Positions 9,234 to 21,397 of a DNA stretch of 64,000 bases are shown one piece after another. The stretch is taken from contig JAXSNR010000002.1 in assembly GCA_037925075.1 (NCBI GenBank), forward strand, positions 160,001-224,000, read 5' to 3'. The notes under the pieces are model-generated. The model did not search any database. It was given only the letters and a program-made list of their open reading frames with translations, and was not told the origin of the DNA. The first letter of the stretch is position 1. Each line of letters opens with the position of its first letter. Made by a program: the position numbers and the translations under genes. This stretch comes from Aquificaceae bacterium (GTDB lineage Bacteria > Aquificota > Aquificia > Aquificales > Aquificaceae).

Positions 9234-9949
9234 GCCCTTCTCTCAAAAAGCTCATAGCCCTTATCCTTTTACCCCCAAACCTTTTTATCCTTCTGTTTCT
9301 CCTTATAGCCTTCCTTTCTAAAAGAAGGATTGTTGGCTTGCTTGCCCTTTCTGGTGCCCTTGCTCTCTATCTAATTTCGGTGGAGCCAGTAAAGGACATG
9401 CTTTACAGACCTTTGGAGGGAGCATACCCTGTCCCAGGGGAGGTGCGGGCGGATGCCCTTGTGGTCCTTGGAGGGGGCTCTTACAACACGGGACTTCTCA
9501 AGGAAGATTCCATGAAAAGGCTTCTTACGGGCTTTATACTTCACAAAAGGCTTGGCTTGCCCATAATTCTCTCTGGGGGTGCAAGTATAGGAGGACTTCC
9601 TGAAGCTGAGATTATGAAACAGCTTCTTGAGGAGCTTGGTGTGGACGAAAAGGATATAATCACAGAAGTGAAAAGTAGGGACACCCTTGAAAACGCCAAG
9701 CATGTAAAAGAAATATGCGACAGAAAAGGTTTTAGAAGGATAGCCCTAATAACATCCGCCTATCACATGCCAAGGGCTATGGAAATCTTCAAAAGGGCGG
9801 GAATGGAAGTGGTGCCCTATCCCACAGACTTCAAGCAAGACAAAAGCTATAATCTCTACAGCTTCATTCCCCGGGCAAGCGTCCTCAACGACAGCTACAA
9901 AGCCCTAAAAGAATACTTAGGCTTTATGGCTTACGGCGTGCTTTATTAG
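9230..9949 (+). CDS. YdcF/ElyC (DUF218) family protein
   Basis: VVLGGG, LSGG, SRDTLENA, TSAYHMPRA. Confidence 0.9.
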   Translation: MSPSLKKLIALILLPPNLFILLFLLIAFLSKRRIVGLLALSGALALYLISVEPVKDMLYRPLEGAYPVPGEVRADALVVLGGGSYNTGLLKEDSMKRLLTGFILHKRLGLPIILSGGASIGGLPEAEIMKQLLEELGVDEKDIITEVKSRDTLENAKHVKEICDRKGFRRIALITSAYHMPRAMEIFKRAGMEVVPYPTDFKQDKSYNLYSFIPRASVLNDSYKALKEYLGFMAYGVLY

Positions 9950-10918
9950 TCCTTCTTTCTCAAGCCCTTCCCTTATGGCGGTGATGAGTTTTTCCATGGC
10001 GGATTGATAACTTTTGGCCCTTATCTTACATCCTGACGCATACTTATGACCTCCACCGCCAAGACTTTCTGCTATCTTTGACACGTCCGCATGGCCCTTA
10101 GACCTAAGAGATACCTTCCAGACCTCCTCATCGGGTTTTTCTATGATGGCAAAGGCTACCTCTACACCTTCAATGGACCTTGGGTAGTTTACAAGCCCTT
10201 CACTGTCGGAATATTCACAGCCCGTCTCTTTGAAGAAACTGTCAAATATGGTTATACCCGCAACAAGCCCATCTTCATAAAGGGACAGAGTATCAAGCAC
10301 CTTTGATATCAACTTCATCTTGTTTAGACTTTCTCTCTCTGCAAAGTTTACATAAGTCCAGTGAGGCTTAGCTCCCAACTCTACAAGCTCCTTCGCAAGC
10401 TGGAAGCTTTCTACGGTTGTGTTGGAATACTTAAAAAAGCCTGTGTCTGTGGCGAGTCCAGCGTATAGGTTTTCCGCTATATCCTTGTCTATGGCGGACC
10501 TGTCCCACACACAAAGAAGCCTGTATATAAGGGCAGTTGTAGAGGGGGCGTCTGGGTCTATGTAGTCATATTCTCCATAGAACTCTCCACCCAAGTGATG
10601 GTCTATTCTGGCTCTTTTGATAGCCTTTACTTCCGCGTTTACCCTATAAAAACCGCTGGCATCGACCACTATGGCAAGACTGAAAACCTCATCAACGGGC
10701 AGTTTAACCATCTCTTCAGAGCCCGGTAAAAAGTCAAGGAAATGGGGCACCTTGTCTTTGCATCCCACTACCACCCTCTTGCCCTTTTTCTTGAGGAAAA
10801 GATACAGAGCAAGGGCACTTCCCAAGGTATCTGCATCTGGGTTCTCATGACTGGCTATGAGTATGGAGCCTTCTTCTCTTTTTAGAAGCTCTATAAGGGG
10901 TATGCTCTGCTCCAGCAT
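9917..10918 (-). CDS. nrnA: DHH family phosphoesterase (NrnA-like nanoRNase/pAp phosphatase)
   Basis: HENPDAD, IDHH, TDTGFF, SLRS, GGGGHKYASG. Confidence 0.85.
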   Translation of the reverse strand: MLEQSIPLIELLKREEGSILIASHENPDADTLGSALALYLFLKKKGKRVVVGCKDKVPHFLDFLPGSEEMVKLPVDEVFSLAIVVDASGFYRVNAEVKAIKRARIDHHLGGEFYGEYDYIDPDAPSTTALIYRLLCVWDRSAIDKDIAENLYAGLATDTGFFKYSNTTVESFQLAKELVELGAKPHWTYVNFAERESLNKMKLISKVLDTLSLYEDGLVAGITIFDSFFKETGCEYSDSEGLVNYPRSIEGVEVAFAIIEKPDEEVWKVSLRSKGHADVSKIAESLGGGGHKYASGCKIRAKSYQSAMEKLITAIREGLEKEGLIKHAVSHKA

Positions 10919-10940
10919 GGTTGCCCTCCTGTGTTAAAGT

Positions 10941-13700
10941 TTATACCTCCTGAAGCACTCCTGCACACCTTTTGCAAACCTCTCCTTGAAATTCTCTCTC
11001 AGGGTAATAGAGCCAGCATCTGGGACACTTTTTCCCCTCCACACGGGACACACCTATAATAACACCCCTTACCGATTCGCCTTGTATCACATACTGACCA
11101 CCCTCTGAAAAGCTGACCCCACTCACAGTGAAGAAGTACTTTAGGTAGTCCTCATACCTTCTTGCCACCTGTAAGCCTTCCCCCCACAGAAACACCTGGG
11201 CTTCATAAGGGTGATTTATCGCCTTTTCCCTTCTGGCTAATTCTATTGCCTTCATCACATCTTCTCTTAGGTCCATAAGGTGCTGGTAGTCTTTTAGAAG
11301 CTCTTCATCCATCATCTCCCTTCTGTACGGAGGTATTTGGTGCATAAAGACGCTTTCTGGAAGTTCTGGGTTTATCCTTCTCAGATGCTCCCAAGCCTCC
11401 TCCGCGGTAAAGCTAAGAATAGGTGCTATTGATGTGATAAGGGCTTCCGCTAAGGCATAGAGGGCTGTTTGGGCGGACCTTCTCTCCCAGCTGTTTGGGG
11501 CATAAACGTAGAGCCTGTCCTTTAGAACATCAAGGTAAAGGCTTGAAAGCTCCACGGAGCAGAAGTTTCTTATAAGATGGTAAACCCTATGAAAGGCGTA
11601 CTCTTGGTAGTGTCTGTGGACCTCCTGAAGGACCCCCTGAAGATAGGAAAGCATCCAACGGTCAAAGTGATGAAGGTCCTCGTAAGGCACCGCCTTTGAG
11701 GGCTCAAAGTCGTAGAGGTTTCCCAGTAGAAACCTTATGGTGTTTCTTATCTTCTTGTAGTCTTCCACAAGCCTTTGAAGGATACCCTTTCCAAGGCGTA
11801 CATCTTCCGTGTAGTCCTCGGAGGCGACCCAAAGCCTTAGTATGTCCGCACCGTACTGGTTTATTATCTCTTGGGGTGAGACCACATTTCCGAGGGACTT
11901 GGACATCTTCCTACCCTTTTCATCCACTGTAAAGCCGTGGGTGAGCACGGTCTTGTAGGGAGCTTCTCCGTAGCTGGCAATGGATTCAAGCAAAGACGCC
12001 TGAAACCATCCCCTATGCTGGTCTGAACCCTCAAGGTAGAGGTCTGCCTTTTGTATGCCTCTTTTCCTCAAAACATGTGCATGGGAAGAGCCAGAGTCAA
12101 ACCACACATCCAGAATGTCCTCTTCTTTGATAAACTCCTCTGAGCCACAGGCGGGGCATCTGTAGCCCTCTGGAAGCAATTCTTTTGGAGACTTTTCAAA
12201 CCAAAGGTCTGCACCCTTTGGCGACTCCTCTACCATCTTGGCAACCCTTTCAAAGACCTCCCAGTGGGAAACCACATGCCCACATTTTTTACAGTAAAAG
12301 ACCGTTATGGGCACTCCCCAAAACCTTTGGCGAGATATACACCAATCTGGCCTGCCTTCAAGCATGGACGCTATTCGGTTTTTCCCGTAGGGAGGTACCC
12401 ACTGGACCTTTTCTATTTCCTCAAGGCACCTTTCCCTGAGGCTTTTGCCCTCCACTTGACCCGACATGCTTATAAACCACTGTTGGGTTGCCCTGAATAT
12501 GACGGGGTTTTTACATCTCCAGCAGTGGGGGTAGGAGTGCCTGATTTTGCCCTCCCACAGCAAAAGCCCTCTGGACCTCAGGTCTTCCACTATGAGGGGG
12601 TTTGCTTCAAAAACCCTCTTGCCTCTTATAAACTCTGGTGCCTCTTGGGTGAACCTTCCCTCATCGTCAATGGGTGCAAAGGGTTCAAGCCCGTACCTTA
12701 TGCCTACAAGGTAATCTTCTCGTCCATGACCCGGTGCCATATGCACAAGACCCGTTCCCGTGGAAAGCTCCACAAATTCAGAGGGATAAACCTTGTTTAT
12801 CCTATTCCCGTAGGGAGCCATATATTCAAGGCCCACAAGTTTCGAGCCCCTGACCTCCCTTATCACCTGTCCCTCCATACCCGTAAAACCTTTGACCGAT
12901 TCCAAAAGGTCCTTTGCCAGCACATAGGTCTCCTCTCCAGACTTGAAGAAGAGGTACTGATAGTTCTCTCCTACCATAACGCCGAGGTTGGCGGGCAGGG
13001 TCCACGGAGTGGTGGTCCATATGAGCAGGTAGGTCTTTGGCTGGCCCTTCAGTGGAAGCTTTACATAAATGCTTGGGTCTTCTCTTTCTTGGTATTCCAC
13101 CTCCGCTTCAGCCTCTGCGGTCTTGTCGTATATGCACCAGTAGACGGGCTTTTTGCTTCTGACCGCCAAGCCCTTGCTGAAAACCCTCCCAAGCTCTCTC
13201 ACCTCCTGAGCCTGATAGAGGGGGTCCATGGTTATGTAAGGGTTTTCCCAGTCCGCAAGGACGCCAAGACGAATAAACTCCTCCTTCTGCACCCCTATGA
13301 ACCTCTCCGCATAGGACCTACAAAGCCTTCTAAACTCCACCTTGCCAAGCTGTTCCTTTGAGACCTTCTTTTCCTTGAGTTCCTTCTCCACCTGCTGTTC
13401 TATGGGAAGTCCATGACAGTCCCAGCCCGGCACAAAATCCACATCATAACCCGTCAGAAGCCTGTGCTTGACTATGATGTCCTTAAGGACCTTGTTAAGA
13501 GCATGCCCTATGTGAATGTGTCCGTTGGCATAGGGTGGTCCATCATGTAATACAAAGAGGGGTTTTCCTCTGTTTTTTTCTCTTAGCCTTTTGTAAAGCC
13601 CCTGCCACCTTTGAAGTATTTCAGGCTCCCTTTCGGGAAGGTTTGCCTTCATAGGGAAGTCCGTTTTTGGAAGGTTCAAGGTTTCCGCGTAGTTTCGCAT
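10941..13700 (-). CDS. ileS: Isoleucine--tRNA ligase (type 1)
   Basis: [29 protein letters not shown]-terminal Zn finger CPRCW..CKRC. Confidence 0.98.
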   Translation of the reverse strand: MRNYAETLNLPKTDFPMKANLPEREPEILQRWQGLYKRLREKNRGKPLFVLHDGPPYANGHIHIGHALNKVLKDIIVKHRLLTGYDVDFVPGWDCHGLPIEQQVEKELKEKKVSKEQLGKVEFRRLCRSYAERFIGVQKEEFIRLGVLADWENPYITMDPLYQAQEVRELGRVFSKGLAVRSKKPVYWCIYDKTAEAEAEVEYQEREDPSIYVKLPLKGQPKTYLLIWTTTPWTLPANLGVMVGENYQYLFFKSGEETYVLAKDLLESVKGFTGMEGQVIREVRGSKLVGLEYMAPYGNRINKVYPSEFVELSTGTGLVHMAPGHGREDYLVGIRYGLEPFAPIDDEGRFTQEAPEFIRGKRVFEANPLIVEDLRSRGLLLWEGKIRHSYPHCWRCKNPVIFRATQQWFISMSGQVEGKSLRERCLEEIEKVQWVPPYGKNRIASMLEGRPDWCISRQRFWGVPITVFYCKKCGHVVSHWEVFERVAKMVEESPKGADLWFEKSPKELLPEGYRCPACGSEEFIKEEDILDVWFDSGSSHAHVLRKRGIQKADLYLEGSDQHRGWFQASLLESIASYGEAPYKTVLTHGFTVDEKGRKMSKSLGNVVSPQEIINQYGADILRLWVASEDYTEDVRLGKGILQRLVEDYKKIRNTIRFLLGNLYDFEPSKAVPYEDLHHFDRWMLSYLQGVLQEVHRHYQEYAFHRVYHLIRNFCSVELSSLYLDVLKDRLYVYAPNSWERRSAQTALYALAEALITSIAPILSFTAEEAWEHLRRINPELPESVFMHQIPPYRREMMDEELLKDYQHLMDLREDVMKAIELARREKAINHPYEAQVFLWGEGLQVARRYEDYLKYFFTVSGVSFSEGGQYVIQGESVRGVIIGVSRVEGKKCPRCWLYYPEREFQGEVCKRCAGVLQEV

Positions 13701-13721
13701 GAGGTCATATTATAATAGCCT

Positions 13722-15851
<2,130 letters not shown>

Positions 15852-15859
<8 letters not shown>

Positions 15860-17126
15860 CCTTATAGACTATCCTGCCCTCAAAGATGGTGTGAATCACT
15901 TTCCCTTTTAGTGTTTCATTCCATAGTGGTGTGTTTTTTGACTTGGAAAAGCTTGTCTCTTCGTTTAGCACCCATTCCTTCTCTGGGTCAAAAAGCACCA
16001 AGTTGGCCTTTGAGCCTTCTCTTAGGCTTCCACAATCCTCAAGGTTAAGTATCTTTGCAGGCTTGCAAGCCATAAGCTCCACCATCTTTGAAAGGCTTAT
16101 ATGACCCTCTCTTACCAACTGAAGCATCAAGGGTAAAGCGGTTTGCAAACCTATCATACCGGGCATAGCCTTCTCTATCTGTCCCTTTTCCCAAGGTGCG
16201 TGGGGTGCGTGGTCTGTTGCCACGCAGTCTATGGTGCCATCCTTGAGAGCCTCCAAGAGAGCCCGGCGGTGTTTTTCATCCCTGAGCGGTGGGTTTACCT
16301 TTGCGTTAGAGTAGGACCTTAAAAGCTCTTCTTCTGTGAATATAAGATGATAGGGGTTTGCCTCACAGGTGATTTTTGCTCCCTTTTCTTTGAAAAACCT
16401 TATGATTTCTACGCTTAAGCTACTGCTAAGGTGCTGTATGTGGACGTGTCCGCCCGTGTGATAAGAGAGTATGCAGTCCCTTGCCACCAATAGGTCTTCC
16501 GCACTTGCGGGTCTTGATGTTATACCAAGCAAGGAGCTAACGTAGCCTTCGTTTATGTGTCCATGAGCAAGCCTGTCATCCTCGCAGTGGTTCATCACAA
16601 AAGACCCAAGCTGAGAGGTCAGCTTTAGAGCCTTTTCCATAAGCCTTGAGTCCATAAGGGGAGAGCCATCGTCGGTAAAGGCGACGCATCCTGCCCTTTT
16701 CAAGGCGTAAAAATCCACAAGCTCCTGACCCTTTCTTCCCTTCGTTATTGCTCCCGTAGGAAGCACCTTACAGAGCCCAATATCTTCCGCCTTACGAATT
16801 ACATACTGAGCCACTTCCGGTGAGTCTATGGCTGGCTTTGTGTTAGGCATGCAAACAAGGGCGGTAAAGCCCCCAGCGACCGCACATTTCATGCCCGTGT
16901 GTAGGTCTTCCTTATGCTCTTGTCCTGGGTCTCTCAAATGCACATGAAGGTCCACAAAAGAAGGACAAGCCACAAGCCCAGAGCCTTCTATAATCTGAGC
17001 TTCAAGCTCAAAAAGTTCATCCCCTATAGCCTTTATCCTTCCCTTTTCTATGAGAACATCCTTTGTGCTGTCAAGGTTCTGTGATGGGTCTATGAGCCTG
17101 ACCTTCTTTATGAGAATCTTGGACAT
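15852..17126 (-). CDS. pyrC: Dihydroorotase (type I)
   Basis: DLHVHLRDPG, MPNT, KVNPPLR, TDHAPH. Confidence 0.95.
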
Positions 17127-18264
17127 TGCATAAATTATAAACTACCTCTTTCAGAGCCCTGTAAGGGTTTTTCTCCTCCGTTTCCCACACAAAGACGCCC
17201 CCTTGACTTAGAATTCCCTTCGCCTTAGAAGATTCAGGATGATGCCCGCATACAACCACACACAAACCTTTACTTTTTATAAGTTCAGACAGAAGTGTCT
17301 CGTCCTCTGGAAGCCTTCTTATCCTTTCTGGAGAGCTACCAAAGATGAGAAGTTCCCTTGCCTTGTTAAACCTCTGGCTTATGGTTCCCTCCTCATCCAC
17401 AAGCACGCCAATTTTTAATTCCTCCCCATCCATAGGCTCGTAGTGTATAAAGACCATATCCAGTTCCTTTATCTCTTCCTTTAGCCTTTCTTCTATGCTA
17501 TCAACGAGCTGATGGATTTTTATAAAATCTCTTCCTTCTATAGCAAGCACAAGGTCCGCAAAAAGCCTACCACCAGAGCTTCTAACAAACAGACCCTTTA
17601 TCTCTTTTACCTCTGGGAAGGAAAGGAGCACATGCCTTATTCTTTCAAGGGTCTTTTCGTCCACAGACACATCCAAAAGCACAGAGACCTCTTTCCAGAG
17701 TATGCCAAGGGCGGTATAACCTATAAGTAAGGCGACACCAGAGGCAAAATATCTGTCCCACTGATAACCCATATAAACGCTCAAAAGGCTTATCAGAACT
17801 AAAGAAGAGCCAAAGGCGTCGGTAAGCGTATGGTAAGAGTCTGCTACAAGGGTAGGAGAATTCAGCCTTTTGCCTGCCCTCCTTTCAAGAAAAGAAAGCA
17901 ACAAGGAGCTAAAAAGGGAAAAGACCACCACACCAAGACCAAGCCCAAGATACTCCTCTTTTATGACCACCTCCTCTCCTATTGCCCTCCTAACCATCTC
18001 GTAGGCGGTCAGAAGCAAAAAGAAGGCTATAACTATGGAGCCCATGTTTTCAAGTCTGTATAGACCGTAGGGAAACCTTTTAGTTTTTTTGTCAGAAAGC
18101 TTTATGGTTATGAAGGCTACCACAGAGGCGAAGGAGTCAGAAAGAGAATGAACCGCCTCCCCCATCATGGAAAGGCTTCCCGTCAAAAGCCCGGCGACAA
18201 ACTTCAAAAGTGCCTGAAGTAGGTTTATGGATAGTGAGATAAGAGCCCAGTGGTGCTTTTTCAT
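17071..18264 (-). CDS. Cation diffusion facilitator with extra C-terminal (NifB/NifX-like) domain
   Basis: HSLSD and HTLTD metal motifs, FPYG; about 110-aa soluble tail. Confidence 0.88.
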   Translation of the reverse strand: MKKHHWALISLSINLLQALLKFVAGLLTGSLSMMGEAVHSLSDSFASVVAFITIKLSDKKTKRFPYGLYRLENMGSIVIAFFLLLTAYEMVRRAIGEEVVIKEEYLGLGLGVVVFSLFSSLLLSFLERRAGKRLNSPTLVADSYHTLTDAFGSSLVLISLLSVYMGYQWDRYFASGVALLIGYTALGILWKEVSVLLDVSVDEKTLERIRHVLLSFPEVKEIKGLFVRSSGGRLFADLVLAIEGRDFIKIHQLVDSIEERLKEEIKELDMVFIHYEPMDGEELKIGVLVDEEGTISQRFNKARELLIFGSSPERIRRLPEDETLLSELIKSKGLCVVVCGHHPESSKAKGILSQGGVFVWETEEKNPYRALKEVVYNLCNVQDSHKEGQAHRPITEP

Positions 18265-19214
18265 CGGTTAAAGGGAGATTTACAACCTTGATAACTACCG
18301 CGTCTTATAAGCTCTTCCTCTATAGCTTTTATGACCTCTTGCTTTCTGGCGTAGGTGCAATAATCTGGTGCTATAAGCCTTTCTGGTTCTACCTCGCCCG
18401 TTAACCTGTGTATAACCATCTGAGGTGGTAAGATTTCTATTATATCCGCCGCCCTTTCCGCGTACTCCTGAAGAGAAAGCACCTCAAACTCCCCTCTAAG
18501 GTACTGCTCAGCCATCTTTGTGTTTTTTATGATATGCAAAGGGTGTATCTTTATGCCATCCACTGGAAGGCTCGCTACAAGCTTGCCCGTTTCTAACATG
18601 TCCTCTTTGTCTTCGTAGGGCAGCCCAAGGATTATGTGGGCACAGACCTTTAGGTTTCTTCTCTTTGTCCTTAGCACCGCATCCACAAAGTCAGATATTC
18701 CATGAGCCCTGTTTATAAACCTAAGGGTTCTAAAGTTGGCGCTTTGAAGCCCATACTCCACCCACACTTCAAGCCCTCTTTTGGAATAGCCTTCAAGAAG
18801 CTCAAGGGCCCATTCGGGAGCACAGTCAGGCCTTGTGCCCACATCTATGCCTACCACTTCCTCAAACTCAAGGGCTGTGTCGTAGATGGATTTAAGGTAT
18901 TGGTAGTCTCCATAGGTGTTGGAGTAGGACTGATAGTAGATGAAAAAGTATAGCCTTTCTCCGTAGCGGTTCTTTGCCCTTCTTATACCTTCTTCTATCT
19001 GCTGACGCAAGGGCACATGAGGTTCAAGGTGTGCAGGCCTTGTACCAGAAAAGCAATAAGTACATCCACCCCTTGCCTTTGTGCCATCTATGTTGGGACA
19101 GGTAAAGGGTAGTGCCACGGTGATTTTTTGCACGCGCCTGCCGTACTTTTCCTTGAGATAATCTTTGAGAGAATGATATAGCCCAACTGTAGCTGTTGCT
19201 TGTATGTCATTCAT
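18261..19214 (-). CDS. Radical SAM protein, TIGR01212/YhcC family
   Basis: FTCPNIDG..GGCTYC, GTRPDC, IKIHPLH, IHRLTG. Confidence 0.92.
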   Translation of the reverse strand: MNDIQATATVGLYHSLKDYLKEKYGRRVQKITVALPFTCPNIDGTKARGGCTYCFSGTRPAHLEPHVPLRQQIEEGIRRAKNRYGERLYFFIYYQSYSNTYGDYQYLKSIYDTALEFEEVVGIDVGTRPDCAPEWALELLEGYSKRGLEVWVEYGLQSANFRTLRFINRAHGISDFVDAVLRTKRRNLKVCAHIILGLPYEDKEDMLETGKLVASLPVDGIKIHPLHIIKNTKMAEQYLRGEFEVLSLQEYAERAADIIEILPPQMVIHRLTGEVEPERLIAPDYCTYARKQEVIKAIEEELIRRGSYQGCKSPFNR

Positions 19215-19246
19215 GGGATAAATTATAGTCCTGTCTCCATAGTTTG

Positions 19247-19255
19247 TGTTATACT
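19247..19255 (+). promoter_or_regulatory. Extended -10 promoter for tRNA-Val
   Basis: TG-T-TATACT ending 10 nt before the tRNA. Confidence 0.55.
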
Positions 19256-19265
19256 AATTTCCTTA

Positions 19266-19338
19266 AGGCGCGTAGCTCAGTTGGCAGAGCGCTGGCCCGA
19301 CACGCCAGAGGTCGGCGGTTCAAGTCCGCCCGCGCCTA
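19266..19338 (+). tRNA. tRNA-Val(GAC), CCA not encoded
   Basis: Acceptor AGGCGCG/CGCGCCT, anticodon arm CTGGC-CCGACAC-GCCAG, GTTCAA T-loop. Confidence 0.93.
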
Positions 19339-19345
19339 TTTTGCC

Positions 19346-19374
19346 TTGACTGTAAGCCACAAAGGTTGTATGAT
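19346..19374 (+). promoter_or_regulatory. Sigma70 promoter of tRNA-tuf operon
   Basis: TTGACT-N17-TATGAT. Confidence 0.7.
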
Positions 19375-19390
19375 ATAATATTGCCTTTGA

Positions 19391-19462
19391 GCTGGCGTAG
19401 CTCAGTGGCAGAGCGCGGGATTTGTAATCCCGCGGGCGTGGGTTCGACCCCCACCGCCAGCT
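19391..19462 (+). tRNA. tRNA-Thr(TGT), CCA not encoded
   Basis: GCTGGCG/CGCCAGC acceptor; CGGGA-TTTGTAA-TCCCG. Confidence 0.95.
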
Positions 19463-19469
19463 TTGAATA

Positions 19470-19556
19470 GGAGGGGTGGCCGAGCGGCCAAAGGCAGGGG
19501 ACTGTAAATCCCCCGGGCTCCGCCCTACGCAGGTTCGAATCCTGCCCCCTCCACCA
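19470..19556 (+). tRNA. tRNA-Tyr(GTA), CCA encoded
   Basis: GGAGGGG/CCCCTCC acceptor, CTGTAAA loop, long variable arm, ACCA end. Confidence 0.95.
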
Positions 19557-19628
19557 GCGGGCGTAGCTCAGTGGTAGAGCAGCTGCCTTCCAAGCAGCAG
19601 GCCGTGGGTTCGAGTCCCATCGCCCGCT
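19557..19628 (+). tRNA. tRNA-Gly(TCC), CCA not encoded
   Basis: GCGGGCG/CGCCCGC acceptor; GCTGC-CTTCCAA-GCAGC. Confidence 0.95.
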
Positions 19629-19644
19629 TTTTAGTAAAAACTTT

Positions 19645-19717
19645 GCCCAGGTAGCTCAGTAGGCAGAGCACACCCTTGGTAAGGGTGAGGTCGCCGGTTC
19701 AAGTCCGGTCCTGGGCT
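19645..19717 (+). tRNA. tRNA-Thr(GGT), CCA not encoded
   Basis: GCCCAGG/CCTGGGC acceptor; CACCC-TTGGTAA-GGGTG. Confidence 0.95.
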
Positions 19718-19720
19718 TAC

Positions 19721-20957
19721 AAGGAGGTAAAAAATGGCAAAGGAGAAGTTTGTAAGAGAGAAGGAGCACGTTAACGTAGGCACCATAGGGCACGTGGACC
19801 ATGGCAAGTCCACACTGACCTCTGCCATAACATGCGTGCTAGCTGCGGGAGTGATGCAAGGCGGAAAAGCCAAGTGCATGAGGTACGAAGAGATAGACAA
19901 GGCACCAGAAGAAAAGGAAAGGGGCATAACCATAAACATCACACACGTAGAATACGAAACACCGAAGAGGCACTACGCACACGTAGACTGTCCAGGACAC
20001 GCGGACTACATAAAGAACATGATAACAGGCGCAGCACAGATGGACGGAGCCATACTGGTAGTATCCGCAGCAGACGGACCCATGCCACAGACCAGGGAGC
20101 ACGTACTTTTAGCAAGGCAAGTGAACGTACCCTACATAGTGGTGTTTATGAACAAATGCGACATGGTAGATGATCCAGAGCTGTTGGACCTTGTGGAGCT
20201 TGAAGTAAGAGAACTACTATCCAAGTATGAATTTCCTGGGGATGAAGTACCAGTGATAAGGGGGTCAGCCCTTGGGGCATTACAGGAGTTGGACGCAGGC
20301 AAACCGGACAAGTGGAGCAAGGCAGTAGTAGAACTAATGGAAGCCCTAGATCAGTACATACCCACACCACAGAGGGAAGCAGACAAACCATTCTTGATGC
20401 CCATAGAGGACGTATTCACCATATCTGGGCGTGGAACAGTAGTAACAGGGAGAGTAGAGAGAGGAGTTTTAAAGCCTGGAGAGGAAGTGGAGATAGTAGG
20501 GCTAAAGGAAGAGCCACTCAAGACAGTAGCCACATCCATAGAGATGTTCAGGAAGATATTGGACGAGGCACTACCTGGGGACAACGTAGGAGTATTGCTC
20601 AGGGGAGTAGGCAAGGACGATGTAGAGAGGGGGCAAGTGTTGGCGAAGCCTGGGAGCGTGAAGCCCCACAAGAAGTTCAGGGCACAGGTGTATGTATTAA
20701 GCAAAGAAGAAGGGGGTAGGCACACACCCTTTTTTGTGAGCTACAGGCCACAGTTTTACTTTAGGACAGCGGACGTGACGGGGACAGTGGTGAAGTTGCC
20801 AGAGGGTCAGGAGATGGTGATGCCTGGTGACAATGTGGAGATAGAGGTGGAGCTAATCAAGCCGGTGGCTATGGAGGAACAGCTTAGGTTTGCCATAAGG
20901 GAAGGTGGAAGGACTGTAGGTGCCGGTGTGGTCACAAAAATCCTTGAGTGAGGTATG
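19721..20957 (+). repeat. Near-identical direct repeat of tuf with SD and 3' flank (partner 36497-37733)
   Basis: Shared AAGGAGGTAAAAA-ATG...TGAGGTATG; the two proteins differ at 2 residues. Confidence 0.95.
19734..20951 (+). CDS. tuf: Elongation factor Tu (copy 1)
   Basis: [22 protein letters not shown]. Confidence 0.99.
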   Translation: MAKEKFVREKEHVNVGTIGHVDHGKSTLTSAITCVLAAGVMQGGKAKCMRYEEIDKAPEEKERGITINITHVEYETPKRHYAHVDCPGHADYIKNMITGAAQMDGAILVVSAADGPMPQTREHVLLARQVNVPYIVVFMNKCDMVDDPELLDLVELEVRELLSKYEFPGDEVPVIRGSALGALQELDAGKPDKWSKAVVELMEALDQYIPTPQREADKPFLMPIEDVFTISGRGTVVTGRVERGVLKPGEEVEIVGLKEEPLKTVATSIEMFRKILDEALPGDNVGVLLRGVGKDDVERGQVLAKPGSVKPHKKFRAQVYVLSKEEGGRHTPFFVSYRPQFYFRTADVTGTVVKLPEGQEMVMPGDNVEIEVELIKPVAMEEQLRFAIREGGRTVGAGVVTKILE

Positions 20958-20961
20958 AAAG

Positions 20962-21120
20962 ATGGCGGCGGTAAGAGAAATAGTAGTTCTTGCATGTACC
21001 GAGTGCAAAAGGAGAAACTATTCCACAACAAAGAACAAGCAGAAGCACCCCCAGAGGATGGAGATCAAAAAGTACTGCAAGTGGTGTAAAAAGCATACAC
21101 TTCACAGAGAGGTAAAATAG
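20962..21120 (+). CDS. rpmG: 50S ribosomal protein L33 (Zn-ribbon type); absent from ORF track
   Basis: Manual translation [59 protein letters not shown] 7 nt upstream. Confidence 0.97.
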   Translation: MAAVREIVVLACTECKRRNYSTTKNKQKHPQRMEIKKYCKWCKKHTLHREVK

Positions 21121-21192
21121 GGGCGCTAGCTCAATTGGCAGAGCGCGGGACTCCAAATCCCGCGGTTGGGGGTTCGAGTCCTCCGCGCCCCG
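21120..21192 (+). tRNA. tRNA-Trp(CCA anticodon), 3'-CCA not encoded
   Basis: GGGGCGC/GCGCCCC acceptor, CGGGA-CTCCAAA-TCCCG, G73; canonical position between rpmG and secE. Confidence 0.95.
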
Positions 21193-21203
21193 CAGGATGG
21201 AAG

Positions 21204-21395
21204 ATGGAAAGGCTTAAGGATTTTATAAAGAGCGTAAGGAAGGAGCTTGATAAGGTCTCTTGGCCACAGAAAAATTTGGTCATAAAAGCCACCATTAGTG
21301 TTATAATATTTTCTTTGTTTTTCGGTATAAGCCTGTGGGTCTTTGACCTGGCCTTTACAAGGCTTATACACCTTTTGCTTTCTTTGAGGGGCTAA
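21204..21395 (+). CDS. secE: Preprotein translocase subunit SecE
   Basis: ELDKVSWP motif plus single TM; start re-called at ATG 21204. Confidence 0.93.
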   Translation: MERLKDFIKSVRKELDKVSWPQKNLVIKATISVIIFSLFFGISLWVFDLAFTRLIHLLLSLRG

Positions 21396-21397
21396 GG

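Noticed and set aside
12264..13361. 365-aa plus-strand ORF antisense to ileS
   Set aside because: No recognisable motifs or start signals; typical antisense shadow of a codon-biased gene
20955..21089. 44-codon out-of-frame ORF overlapping rpmG
   Set aside because: Its ATG abuts the SD (0-nt spacing) and belongs to the tuf repeat flank; rpmG has correct spacing
21135..21203. N-terminal extension of SecE
   Set aside because: Mostly tRNA-Trp sequence; ATG 21204 gives a normal 63-aa SecE
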